Of a stretch of 64,000 nucleotides of DNA, positions 50,236 through 61,769 are shown piece by piece (positions within the stretch are counted from its first letter, which is position 1; every line of letters starts with the position of its first letter). The notes beneath the pieces were generated by a model. It saw only the letters and a list, made by a program, of their open reading frames with translations, was not told the origin of the DNA and searched no databases. The translations under genes were made by a program, and so were the position numbers. Source of the stretch: Selaginella moellendorffii. Its lineage: Eukaryota; Plantae; Lycopodiophyta. The stretch is from NCBI RefSeq assembly GCF_000143415.4, contig NW_003314309.1:1115199-1179198 (forward strand), written 5' to 3'.

Positions 50236-51290
50236 ATGATAAAAGAGAATGAACAATCACCAAAATTTTGTAGCCCACATGAGGAGAGCGATAACAATGA
50301 CGCAAAATGGAAATTTTGGGTTTGCACGAGAGACCAGCGAGATGAGGAAATCCCTCGATAGATGCAAGACTCTCAAAACTTTTTAGAAGCCATCAAGCAG
50401 CTGCCATTTGAGATTCAGGAACGAATCTTTAATTTAGTTCACAACACATTAGACAAGGAGAACTATACACCAATTTGCAACGGCGCTATCATACACTGCG
50501 CACAGTTTATAGGAAAACAAGATAAACAAGAATTGTATACATGGAGAATCATCCTCGAGCTCTCATGGAGATCTTTCGTGTACATCGAACAAGAATTTAT
50601 TTGTCTCAAGGAAGAAGTTGAGTGGCATACTTGGGACGCTGTCACTCGAATTTACGAAGAAATTCCAAGGTTCCTGCTTAGAGAAATACAGGAAATACTT
50701 GGACAGCAATTTGTAAGAGGATTTATTACACCGGTTGGAAGCGCAATACATGAGCTTATTGACTTCAAGATAAAGGAAGGAGTGTGGGCAAAAGAGCGCT
50801 GGATAGATCCGCGCACGCATAGGCTTAAAGCAACAAAAATTTGTTGGAATCCATACCTTGACGTGTGGACACTATTTGAGAAAAAAAAAACATACAGAAA
50901 TCACGAAATTGGAAACCCGTATCAATCGGAGAAGGAGAAGTGAGAACATTAAAAATACAACCACTGCTGTATTCAGCATTTTCAAATATTATTATCGACT
51001 GGGAAACACAAATGCTCATAGTGAGAGCTCGCATTCCCGTACGACCAACATATTGTAAGAGACCAAAACAATTATTCAAGAATTTAGAAAAGATTGGACT
51101 CCTAAAGAGAGTTGCAATCGTTTGCATACCTGCTCGATCCCAAAGTTGGAGAGCAGCACCAAATATTACTAGCGAACAGCTACACCGATCAATTTATGAC
51201 ACAACCGACCTCCTTCCAACAAACAAAATCGTGCTTACTTACACCACCAAATTTTTCAAATACAAGACCTTTCCTAAGCTAGACTCATGA
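50236..51290 (+). pseudogene. Accessory ORF of the Gag-only element (~350 codons) with an N-terminal F-box-like motif
   Basis: ATG at 50236, in-frame TAG at 50359, 193-aa ORF 50362-50943 with IKQLPFEIQERIFNLV. A -1 shift at the A10 run (50881-50890) joins the 50940-51290 ORF. Confidence 0.6.
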
Positions 51291-51530
51291 AAGTGACCTC
51301 GAGAAGAAACTCGGGAAGAATCGAGAAACAAACACTCGATTGAAGACTCAAGACATAAGAGCTTGACTTCGCATTTATATGACAAAATACAAACCTGCAA
51401 AAGACTCAAGACACAAGAGCTTGACTTTGCAATCTATGAAAAACAACATTTGATTCAACACACTGTAGATGAATCACAAAATTCAGGAAGTTTACCTCGG
51501 CATTTAAGTCGAGAAGATTTAGAAAACTGA

Positions 51531-53912
51531 ATGCACAAACATAAACCAGACCCAATCAAGATCCGGGAAAGAGATCTTCGACAAAAGAATCGAGAAGTGA
51601 AAAAGGAAGAGATAGAAAAAGAGAAACTAGAACAACAACAGCAACAAATTTTAGAAACAATATTAGAGAAGTACGACAAGGAGGATAAAGAAATTCAAGT
51701 TGCCGAGTCAAGCAACTCAGTCAAAGATAACAAAGAACTAAATAGTGAAGACACCCCAAAGTTTGAGGCATTTGAAGAAGCCGAATACATAGCACCAAAG
51801 TTTTACTCCAATCCAGACTCACCAGAACAACAACTTCACCAACAAAGTCTACAATTTCAAATGGCAATCATCAATCCAGCAACAGCCATAGGGAACATGA
51901 TTTCCTATCCCATTTTTACTGGTGGAAAAACCGAAGATGCAAACCAACATCTTAAACAATTTGATCAAATTGTAAAGATGAACAAACAGGAAATGCATCG
52001 AGAAATACTTTTCCCATACACCCTTAAAGGAAAAGCACTCGATTGGCATAATACACTCGATGATGCTTTGACCCATGATGAAAAGGTCACACAATTCAAG
52101 GAGCAATTCCAGACCGGTGGAACTCCAGAAGAACATTATGAGATCATCAAAAACTTCAAGCAAAAATCACGTGAAGGAATTCAAGATTACACTCGAAGAT
52201 TTAAGTTTCATGCAAAGCGCTACAAGGATTTGATAACAGATAAAGGAAAGAGCTTAACCTATATCCAAGGACTAAAAGAAATCTATAGAAACATGGTAGC
52301 AATTGCTGCTGCAACAGAGAATCCAGATGATGAAAGTGTTGATACACTCTCCAAAGAAATCCTCACATTGGAAAAGAGATTCAAACAATTCACAAAAGCT
52401 ATACCTTCACAAACCGATGACGGTTCAGATGATGAAGAAGAGGAAGAAATCCGCATCAAGACAAAGAAGAAACCATAAAAAAACCAAGACTTGAAGGAAA
52501 TAATCAGGAAAATCTCACAAACCAAACTCAAGGAAGGAGTGTGGTGTACAAAGTGTAAAAATGAAGGACATACATATTTGGAATGCAAATTTCAGCTTCC
52601 AAAATGTCAAATTTGCGATAGAGAAGGCCATATAGCCAAGAATTGCCGATTTAGGAATACAATGGAAGTTTCAAGAATCGAGAATACTTCTCGTCGAGAG
52701 CCCAATCTTCGATATCAAGGAAACTGGAATCAAAATGCACGACCACCACGCAATGAACCTCCAAGATATAACAATTATTATCAACATGATGATAATTTGT
52801 ACAATCAAAGAGGAAACTTTTACCGTCAGAACAATCGCAACTACAATAGAATACCCCCTCAAGATCAAAGACCAAACAACTATTCTGGAAACTATGGAAG
52901 AAACTACAATGCATATCAGCAACGTGATGGACCTCGTGACAACTACCAATGTCCTCCCCCACGAAATTACAATTATGATCAAGAACCATATCGCAACTAT
53001 AATCAAAGACCACCTCAAGCTCAAGGTTACAATTACAACCAGTGACTTGCACCACAACAAGATAATCGACCTCGGCAACCTTACCAAAATGCAAATCGTG
53101 AAAATAACCAAGTCGTAAACAATCAAGCTCCAAGAGCAAGACCACCTGTAGCATGGAATGTTGAGGTCGAAGTCGAAGACTCACAAACTTATGAAGAACC
53201 AGCAATACGAGTAATCACGAGACAACAATACAAGTATCAACAACCAGATAATTTGGAAGAACAAGATCACGATGATGAACTGGAAATTATCCCAGAAACC
53301 GAATGGAAGAAAAGCAAGAAAATACTTAAAGCAATTCAAGCTGAATTGCAAGCACAAGATCCAGAAACAATCAAAGAACACGACAAACAATCAAACAATC
53401 AAGAAACAAGAAGTTTTACCCAAGAGGAGCTGGCACCTGTTCAGCAGAAAGAAAAGTTTCATGTGGAAGAGCAAGCTGAAGCAAGGTTGAAGCAAAACCT
53501 AGTGGAAGATGAACAGCCTGATCAGATTGAGCAACCAGCAGAAGAAGACGAAGACCTGCAGTGGATAAAGGAGTTTCAGACGCAGGAACTTGAGGTGGTG
53601 CTTCCGAAGTTTTGTGAGCAGATGGAGTAGAAGAAAAATTCAGTGCCAGAGTTTGACGTGGAACAGGCAGCAGCTGGACAAGCTGGCTTGGAGCAGAAAG
53701 CTGTTGTGAAGAAGAAAGAAGAAGATGTTAGACAACAAAGAGGTGTAGAAGTTCAGAACCTTGTGGAGCAGCCATCAAGAGGAGCCGTATACCCAGGCCA
53801 AAGTTTAAACTTGAAGGTGGCTGGTGTGAAGTTGATGAAGAGACGAGGAAGTGTGTTTCTCAGGTTCTGGTGGGACAGAGGCAAGCTGGTTTCATCCTTT
53901 GTAGCTCTGTAG
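51531..53912 (+). pseudogene. Gag with two CCHC zinc knuckles and in-frame nonsense codons
   Basis: YPIFTGGKTEDANQHLKQF...LFPYTLKGKALDW...FKQKSREGIQDYTRRF; CTKCKNEGHTYLEC and CQICDREGHIAKNC; N/Q/R/Y-rich region. ORFs at 51531, 52491, 53253 and 53643 share one frame, separated by TAA/TGA/TAG. Confidence 0.88.
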
Positions 53913-56900
53913 GAGTAGAGGAAGTAAGTAGTAAAGCAGCAAAACTGAAAGCTGACCAGGAGAAGTCGTGGCTGTTTCAAGTCGGATGTTTAAAGTTTCG
54001 AGAAGAGGCGTTTGTGCAACTGATCTCGGGAAGAAGCTGGTCAAATTCAGATCACAAGACTTTGAGGAAGCAGCTCAGACTTATGAAGAGGAGGAAGAGG
54101 AGGAGGAGCCACATGAGGGAACGGTTACCCACGATGCAGCGATGGAACAGTGACTGCGGGACGCAGCACAAGGCAGTCGTGGGAGAGTGGAGAAGGGAGA
54201 AAAAGACAAGCTCGAGGATTCAAGCTTAGGAAAGTAAACTTGAGAGGTTCAAGGTTAGGACTGTATTCCTAACCTTGATGTGAGCAGTAGTGACTATAAA
54301 AGTAGGACTTAGAATGTTTTTAGACGGATCCCTAATACAAAATACATTGCAATACATCATCATTCTGCCTATCTCTTTGGCTTTTCATGGCAATGGCAAT
54401 GTCTTACTTACCCACCGCCTTCAAGGGATCAAAGGCGTGGGACTAGCACCTTCAAGCACATGTTCATAGTCTCTACTTGGCTTGGCACAAGCAGGTAAGT
54501 GCACTCATCTCGTAGTGTAGTTTTAGTTTTAGGGACTAAATTAGATTTGAAACTCCTAGGAAGATCTCGTGTGGACGTTTCCTCCCAGTCCAAAGATTCC
54601 AGGAGTTTTCAGTCACATTTACTCTCTTTAATATACAAATTGTGTTCCCTTAGTTTCTCAAACACTTTCGTAAAGTGTTCAGCATGCTCCTTTAATGTTT
54701 CGCTATAGATTAAGATGTTGTCAATGTAAACGACAATGAAATGATCCAAATAGGGTATAAAAATGTGGTTCATTAGCACCGAGAATGTCACTGATGTATT
54801 GTATAGCCTAAAGTGCATCACTAAAAATTTAAAGCTTTCATACCTTGTTCAATAGGTTGTCTTCTCGACATCTTCCTCTGCTACTTTGATCTAATAGTAT
54901 TCTGACATTAAGTCAATCCTTGAGAAACATTTTACCTTTCTCAACTTATTAAATACATCCTCAATCCTTGGTAAAAGGTACTTATTCTTTTTTGTATACT
55001 TGTTGAGCAACTGATAGTCTATACACATATGCATAGAGCCATCTTTTTTTTTCATAAATAACATTAATGCCCCAAACAATGATCTTTTTTTTTCACAAAT
55101 AACATTAATGCCCCAAACAATGACTTGCTCAACCTAACATACCTTTTTTCCACCAACTCCTCAAGTTGACACTTGAGCTTTTCGAATTCTTTTTCATTCA
55201 ACCAATAGAGGGGATGAACCACTGCCTTAGCACCCTTAACTAGCTCGATCTTATGTTCAATTAATCATGTGGGGGGTAACCCCACAAGTAACTCCTTCGG
55301 CATGGTATTTCGAAATTGATTTAACACCTACTAAATCACTAAAAGTATTTCTCACTCAAAAATGTTACCTTAGTTCCTTTAATGAATTACCCTTTCGTAA
55401 ACATTAGGTTCAAGTAGGAGCCTTTGGCCTTACTTTGCCCTACCTTTAGATCTTGGGCCTCCATCCTAGATAGTTCTCCTCGAGCATTCGCTAGTACCAC
55501 AAGGTTCTTATATTGCCCATACATGGCTACCAACCTATTGAACCAATCCATCCCAAAGATCACATCAAATCCCACTATGTCTAATATAGTGAAATCCACG
55601 TCTACTTTCCATATCCCTATTTCAACTCTTGTTTGTCGAAGTACCTCATTGATGCTTTGATTACCTTGAACAAGCTCTATAATCCTTGGTTCACCCAGCC
55701 GTTGCACCGTTGGTTCGGCTTGCCAGACTATGTCTACAACTATAAAATTATCCAAAGCACCCATGTCAATAAAGATCTTAACAAAGCTACCTCCAAGCTT
55801 CCCTTGGAGGGCTAATAGATGTCACAAATGACACTCTACCAAACTTGCTTGTGTAAGCCACGTACCTTAGTTTAAATTTCACTCGACTTAATGGGTATAT
55901 TGACTCTGGCCTCCTTCAGGTAGGGATATTCCCTTGAAAAATGTCATGCTTCACTACTGTTGAAGTATATGTTGTTTCCCACGTTATTAGCAAACTTAAC
56001 CTGTTTATTAGTGACTTCCCTACGTACTTGCTTATAAGCCATCGGATTTGCATTTCCAAAACTCTAAAAACTCATTCTTAGAGAAACCTTTTTTGAATTT
56101 CCCTTTGCCATATGTTCCTTTTAGTTTGGCTCTTTTGCTAAATATTGACCCTTTTGCAAGTTATCATTAAAATGCATCTTGATAGCTACACCCAATGCTT
56201 CCTTGTAGTTGGTTGGATTCCAATGCATCACGTTGCCTTGAGCCCGTGTTTGCAAGCCTAATATAAAGGCATGAAACACATTCATATCGCCTATGTCTAT
56301 GACAAGGATCCTCTTTGTTATGAATGCATTCACATACTCTTAAATGGTTTCCATATGCTTTAGCATACTTAGCTCATCCCTTAAGTGTAAAGTAGTATTC
56401 AAAGGAATGTAAGTTGCACGGATCCTCACCTTCATTTAGCACATGGGACTTTTTCCGAGCTCAGTAATTGCAACACTCAAAAGTAATCCTCCATATCGTA
56501 AAACCAACCCTCCACCACTTTATAGTCATTTATTCCTTTGAAGACTAATGAGGGCTTTGGTTTGTACTTAAAAACTATTTAAGGGACAGATTCCACTTCA
56601 ATTTATTTGATCTTATTTAATTTTGCCTCAGTCTCTACTAAAGGATCCATGCCTTCTACACTACCAACATTTGCAATCTTTTGTTTTTTCTTCCACTTTT
56701 TGTTATGCTTTAGCTTACATACGAGAGTAATAGGGCATTGGTCTATGCCAATTGTCCTTCTAAAATGTTTAATCGAGCTTTGGATGACCGAACCTCACCA
56801 TTGGACTCTTGTTTGGAAGTTTGTTTACTAGAGTCTTCCTCATGTAAGGATTCCTCATCCATAGCTTGTTGTTCAATCATAAACTCTAGCTCTGGAGGAG

Positions 56901-57002
56901 GTTCCATCTCCACCTTGGTTCTCTTATGCCCTACCTTACCCATCTTCTAGCAATCTACCTTTATTCTTCACTAGAACTGAGGAAAATGCTCTAATACTAA
57001 AT

Positions 57003-59883
57003 TGTAAGCTATAAATTTTTCCTTTTCAATTTGTTAGTTTATTTTGTTTATCCGACCACCACAACTTTGGCCTTAGTTAAGTTCCTTTCTCAGAGTTCCT
57101 ACCTATTGTACCAGCTCTTACTTTGTCCTACTTGGTTTTAACAACTCATTATATGAGCAACAGAATGTTAGTGTGAGACACAAAATCCCTAGGCCCCAAA
57201 GTGGAGCCGAAAGGGTGCCATGTGGTAATGGCCGAAGCGAAAGCCAAACGAGTGTAACACGTTTAGACTAAAAGCTCCGACTTGAAAGGCCGAGAGCGGG
57301 AGTGGAACTCCCAACGAAGTGCTCAAGGAACAAGCACAAAGCAAGCAATAAGTGAGTCTCTAGAAAAGGGACACGAGATGGACCCGAGATGGAGTCTGAG
57401 ATGGACCAAGATGGAGTCCGAGATGGACCCGAGATGGAGTTCGAGATGGAGCCGAGATAGAGTCCAAGATGGAGTCCGAGATGGAGTTCAAGATGGAGTT
57501 CGAGATGGACCCGAGATGGAGACCGAGATGGAGTCCGAGATGGACCCGAGATGGAGTCCGAGATGGAGTCCGAGATGGAATCCGAGATGGAGTCCGAGAA
57601 GGACCCGAGATGGAGTCCAAAGTCAAGACCAGGACCGAGACCGAGGCCAAGACCAAGCCCAAGTCCGAGTCCAAGTCCGAGTCCGAGTCCGAGTTCGAGT
57701 TTGAGTTTGAGGGGGTGAAAGCCCAAAGTGTTCGTCTCCCAGACCCTAGGGGGTTTGGTGAGCTCCAAAAGTATAGTAGGGGGAGGACTCTAGTGTTCTC
57801 TTGTAGATGGGTTGGGATCTAGAGGAACGTTAAGAGGAGGCATTGGTAGATTTGTAGGTGGTATCAGTTGTTCCTAATCCTTTTGTATGAAGTGTTTCAA
57901 CTGAGCTAGTTTGGCCAAGAAAGACCAATTTGTCCTAGGAAGGCTGTACCCAGGTGTTGGGTAATGGGATAACCACTAGGAAGTCCAAAGCTAGAGTGAA
58001 TACGGACTGACAAGCAGGGTAGCTTGGTGAAGTGTTCAAGAGCTAGCTTTAGTTCCCCAGGGAAATTGAATGGTTCATGCTCCAGGTATCCAAGTAGGTA
58101 GTGCCACCCACACTTGGATTGGGAGCATCATGGCTCAACAGAACCTCGCTCTAAGCCCATGGCTAGAGCACCCAAAGGTGGAAGGTAGGGAGAGTACCTA
58201 TGAGGTTTGCGTAGGGCCACAGTATTCTGAAATGTTGTCCTAAAGGCCTAAACTATGGAAAGGAAAAGGAGTAATCCTTTAGTGTAGTGACCAAGGATAC
58301 AGTCAGGTGGTGAGGAAGTCCTAGAGGACTGTGAGACTTAGTGGTCGGGCCTGTGGGCTTTGATCCAGTGGCAATGTTGGCAAACATGGCCATGGGCAAA
58401 AAGGGACTTGGTGAGGATCGGAAAAGGGATATTAGGGAAGGTTATTCCCCATGCCTGCGGGCATTCTAAAGATGCTAAAAAGTGGATCTAGGATGATCAC
58501 TCATGGACGGATGGCCCAGTTTTTGAGAGACGGGACTGTGGTGTAGGTGGTGTCAGACCACCGATGTGACCAAGGTGAATGGGCATGGACTTAGCGTAAC
58601 GGGCTGATATGTCAGTGGTACCTTGGGGTGTCGGTCATGGGATTGGACACGTGGAGCACTTGGACCAAGTGCAATGGTTGAGTGGCATGGATGCCATTCT
58701 TGGGGCTAGCAAGTCCCTAAGTCCAAAATAGAACTTATGGAGGTTGTGAATCAGACTTCTCCAAGTGGTCGGAGGTGTGGTTAAATGACTAAAGTAGAAT
58801 GGAAAATTTAATCGCTTACAATTAACCATCCATTCACGAATTCCCAAATTCTCTCCCAATCCCCCTCCCCAGGTTAAACTAAACTTAAGGTTTAGCTACA
58901 CTCCCCACAAGCACAAGCAACTAAACACACTAAGCTTTTAAATTCCTAACATCCTTTGATTTAATCATGTGACCCTCTAAATCCTAAGCCTTACGTGCAA
59001 CACTTGCTTCGGGACATCAGGGGGAAACATTATAACTTAATTGCCTGGTATGGATACCCCTACTCCCCCACTTCCATCCCAAATGGAAGGCCTAAGCCTC
59101 TAAAAAATGCAAGGATCAATAAACCATAAGGTACTTAAGTGGGGCATCACTTTATATGAGCCAAGAGCACCAGAGTCAGTTTCTTTTCTAGGAGTGGGAG
59201 CTACTTTTGAGCATTCCCACTCCCAGAAAGGAAACCGACTCTGGTGCTCCTGGCTTCCTTGGGTGGCCATTCTGGCACCACCCAAGTCTATGTTCACTCC
59301 CACCTAAGGCCCTTAAGCCCCAATTTTAACCTTAAGTTAGTTTGGAAGCACTATTGAAGAGTTCTTTCAAGACTGATTCTTGAACCTCACTATCTTCACT
59401 ATACTTTTGGAAACCATTGTAGCCCCTTTTCTGGGAAATACATGCTTTGGGCTTTCACCCCATAACTTGTATTAATATTTGGACTTGGTTTGGGACTTTA
59501 TCTCGAAATCAACTTTGGACTCGGACTTGACCTCGAACTCTATCTCAGACTCGATCTCAGATTTGGTCTCAGACCTGATCTTGGACTCAGTTTCAGACCC
59601 GACCTTGTATCTCAAACTCAGTCTCAAAGTCGGTATTGAACTTGGTCTCAGAGTCGGTGTTAGACTCAATTTCAAACTTGGTCTCAAACTCAGTCTTAGA
59701 GTCAATCTCAGAGTCAATTTCAGACTCAATCTCATATGATAAATTCTTTATCATTTCAGCAATTTTAGAGTTAATCTCAGACTCAATTTTGGACTTAGTC
59801 TCATCTGATAAATTCTTTATCATTTCGATCGTGCTTTCAAGGATTTTTTAGTTTATAACACCTTAAGGAATTGGTTCCTTACA
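57003..59883 (-). repeat. 5' LTR of the chromovirus, interrupted by a solo LTR
   Basis: Adjacent to the PBS; homologous to 45021-46224; decayed GGACTC array at 59480-59800. Confidence 0.85.
57172..58820 (+). mobile_element. Solo LTR (1649 bp) of the same family as 1-1491
   Basis: TGTGAG...GCTTACA termini; flanks GTTAG/ATTAA correspond to GTTAA at the empty site in the sister LTR (45185-45189); (GAGATGGAGTCC)n array at 57375-57710. Confidence 0.85.
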
Positions 59884-60159
59884 AGTAGAAAAGGGAAAAA
59901 GGGCTAAATGACAATTTGAAGGATATATATTTACTTTGCAAAATCTCTAACTTGTCTTCAAAGTTATCTCCAAGCTCTTTATTACAATTCAAAATCCACT
60001 CAAACTTATACATTATCTTTTTATAAACTTGATCTTTGAATATCCTTCAAAAACTAAACTATATCATCTATAAACTCTCCAATCAATAGCACAATCATAC
60101 CACATTAGTTAAATATGGCAAGACATCAAGAATAGAAGACACTATGTAATTACATTCTA

Positions 60160-60492
60160 CCGCCACCAATGAATAACACATCACTAAAGGTGTCCAAACT
60201 TGATGTGGTGTGAATGCCAATCCCAATTCCACTCCCAAATCTGCTACTCCTCAATCCATCACTACTACCATCACCACCACCTCCAGCTTCCCCAGTGATG
60301 GAAGCCTCCAAAGCAGACATGGTAGGAGTTCCTATTCCAGATTTACCTCTCACTCCACCACTGTCACCATCATCATCAGTGCCACCTCCATCTCCCACAC
60401 ATATGGAAACGTTTGCAGTGGGAGTTCCTATCCCAAATCTTCCCACTCCACCACCACCACCGTCACCTTTATCCCCTCCACCTTCGACTTAA
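60160..60492 (+). pseudogene. Duplicated Pro-rich tail of the MiAMP1 fusion gene; peptide domain missing
   Basis: Colinear with 40075-40408 (VGVPIPDLPLTPP, METFAVGVPIPNLPTPPPPPSPLSPPPST). Confidence 0.8.
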
Positions 60493-60769
60493 ATGACCTT
60501 CACCGTCACCATCCCAGCTCAAAATGTTGCATTTTCTTTGTTATGCTGACTGCGTCAAAAATCAAAGTATTTGACTTCTGTTGACGTGTCTTTCAGCGTT
60601 TCCTATTCCTAGAGCGTTTCTCACGCGAGTTTTAGATTCTTCGGCGTCTGAAATGGTAGGCTTACTTGGTATTCTACGGCTAGTTATCTAAGCAGTGGAT
60701 GATTCTCCAAGCATAAAAAGGCCTCCCATTGAGCGACGCTCAAAAGCTTCATTTAGTTTCAAACGGAAA

Positions 60770-61395
60770 ATGGCTAGTTCCACAGCTCAAGTCGTGTCTA
60801 TCGCCTGGCTTGCATTCTTTGTTTTATCAGTTGTTTCAGCGGATCCAGATCCACTCCAGGACTTTTGCATTGGAGATCTCAGCGTTGTCCCGAGCATCAA
60901 TGGATTCCCATGCAGGAACTCATCGACAGTCACCGTGGACGATTTCATCTACAGCAGAATCATCAAATCTTCCAACACCACAAACACCAATCGCTCAGGG
61001 GCAATCTTTGGAACAGTGTGAAGGTTCCCGGGTCTCTCCATCGCCAGGCTCGACTTTCTTCCCGGTGGAATCATCCCTCCACACACCCATCCCAGAGGCT
61101 CGAAGATGGTCTACGTAGAAGAGGGGAGTGTCTATGCCGCCATTGTCACCACGGACAATCGCTTGTTTGGTCGGGTGATCAACAGGGGCGAAGTTATGGT
61201 GATTCCTCGCGGATTGATTCACTGACAGATGAACGTTGGAAGAACAAATGTGAAGATCATTGCCATTCTCAACTCCCAGTTTCCTGGAATCCAGTTTATT
61301 GCAGCGTCCATGTTTGGATCTCGACCACAGATCCCGAATGAGGTGCTCGAGAAGACTTTTTTCACTATCAATCAAGTCCAATGCTGAGTTTTTAA
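60770..61395 (+). pseudogene. Germin-like protein pseudogene
   Basis: MASSTAQVV...DPDPLQDFC; TGA at 61019, loss of LNTLG, TGA replacing the W of HWQMN, 3' deletion. Confidence 0.9.
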
Positions 61396-61769
61396 TAAAA
61401 TCAGCAAATTTTCCATCAAATGTAAGAGTTACCTATATTTATCTATTTAAAAAACGACATTGATTGAAATACTCGCAAAATGCCGTATGTAAACATCAAA
61501 CTAGCAAAACATTCTTTCTAATTTCAGGAAGCAAATCCAGTGGAGAACATTAGTCAATGTTGACTATCTTCGTTGATTTTATCTTGAAGGTTCCTTTGAA
61601 GTTTCGCATGTTGATCCAAATTCCTTGTTCCAACATGGTGGCTCACTCGGAATCATAGCTCAACGTTTGAATTACAGTTCTCAGTATAAATATGGTTCTC
61701 CTCCACATATCTAGCATTACATTTCAGCAATACATCTACCTAGTCGCAAAATCACTCAAGTTTTTCTCT

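Larger units (their letters stand above)
48951..54611 (+). mobile_element. Young non-autonomous Gag-only LTR retrotransposon (TR-GAG-like) with a 5' accessory ORF, inserted in the host RT
   Basis: LTRs 48951-49375 and 54188-54611 (TG...CA, about 5 differences by eye); perfect TSD GTCAC; PBS TGGCGACTACGGTGGGA at 49377; short purine tract GGGAGAG before the 3' LTR; no PR/RT/RH/IN motifs found. It splits the host RT motif ESKCD|FAQ. Confidence 0.93.
45021..59883 (-). mobile_element. Old Ty3/gypsy chromovirus LTR retrotransposon with three nested insertions
   Basis: LTRs 45021-46224 and 57003-59883 (TGTAAG...TTACA); TSD AGTAA/AGTAG; decayed Met PBS (GCTCTAATACTA, 56988-56999). On the - strand: gag, protease (IDMGALDNFI), RT (YIDNILIYS), RNase H (ETNASNF), integrase, and a chromodomain-like FHVKWKEFP...EP..NL at ~46680-46760. 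Confidence 0.88.

Noticed and set aside
50940-50943. GTGA start/stop overlap resembling prokaryotic translational coupling
   Set aside because: Better explained by a frameshift at the upstream A10 run within a single eukaryotic retroelement ORF.
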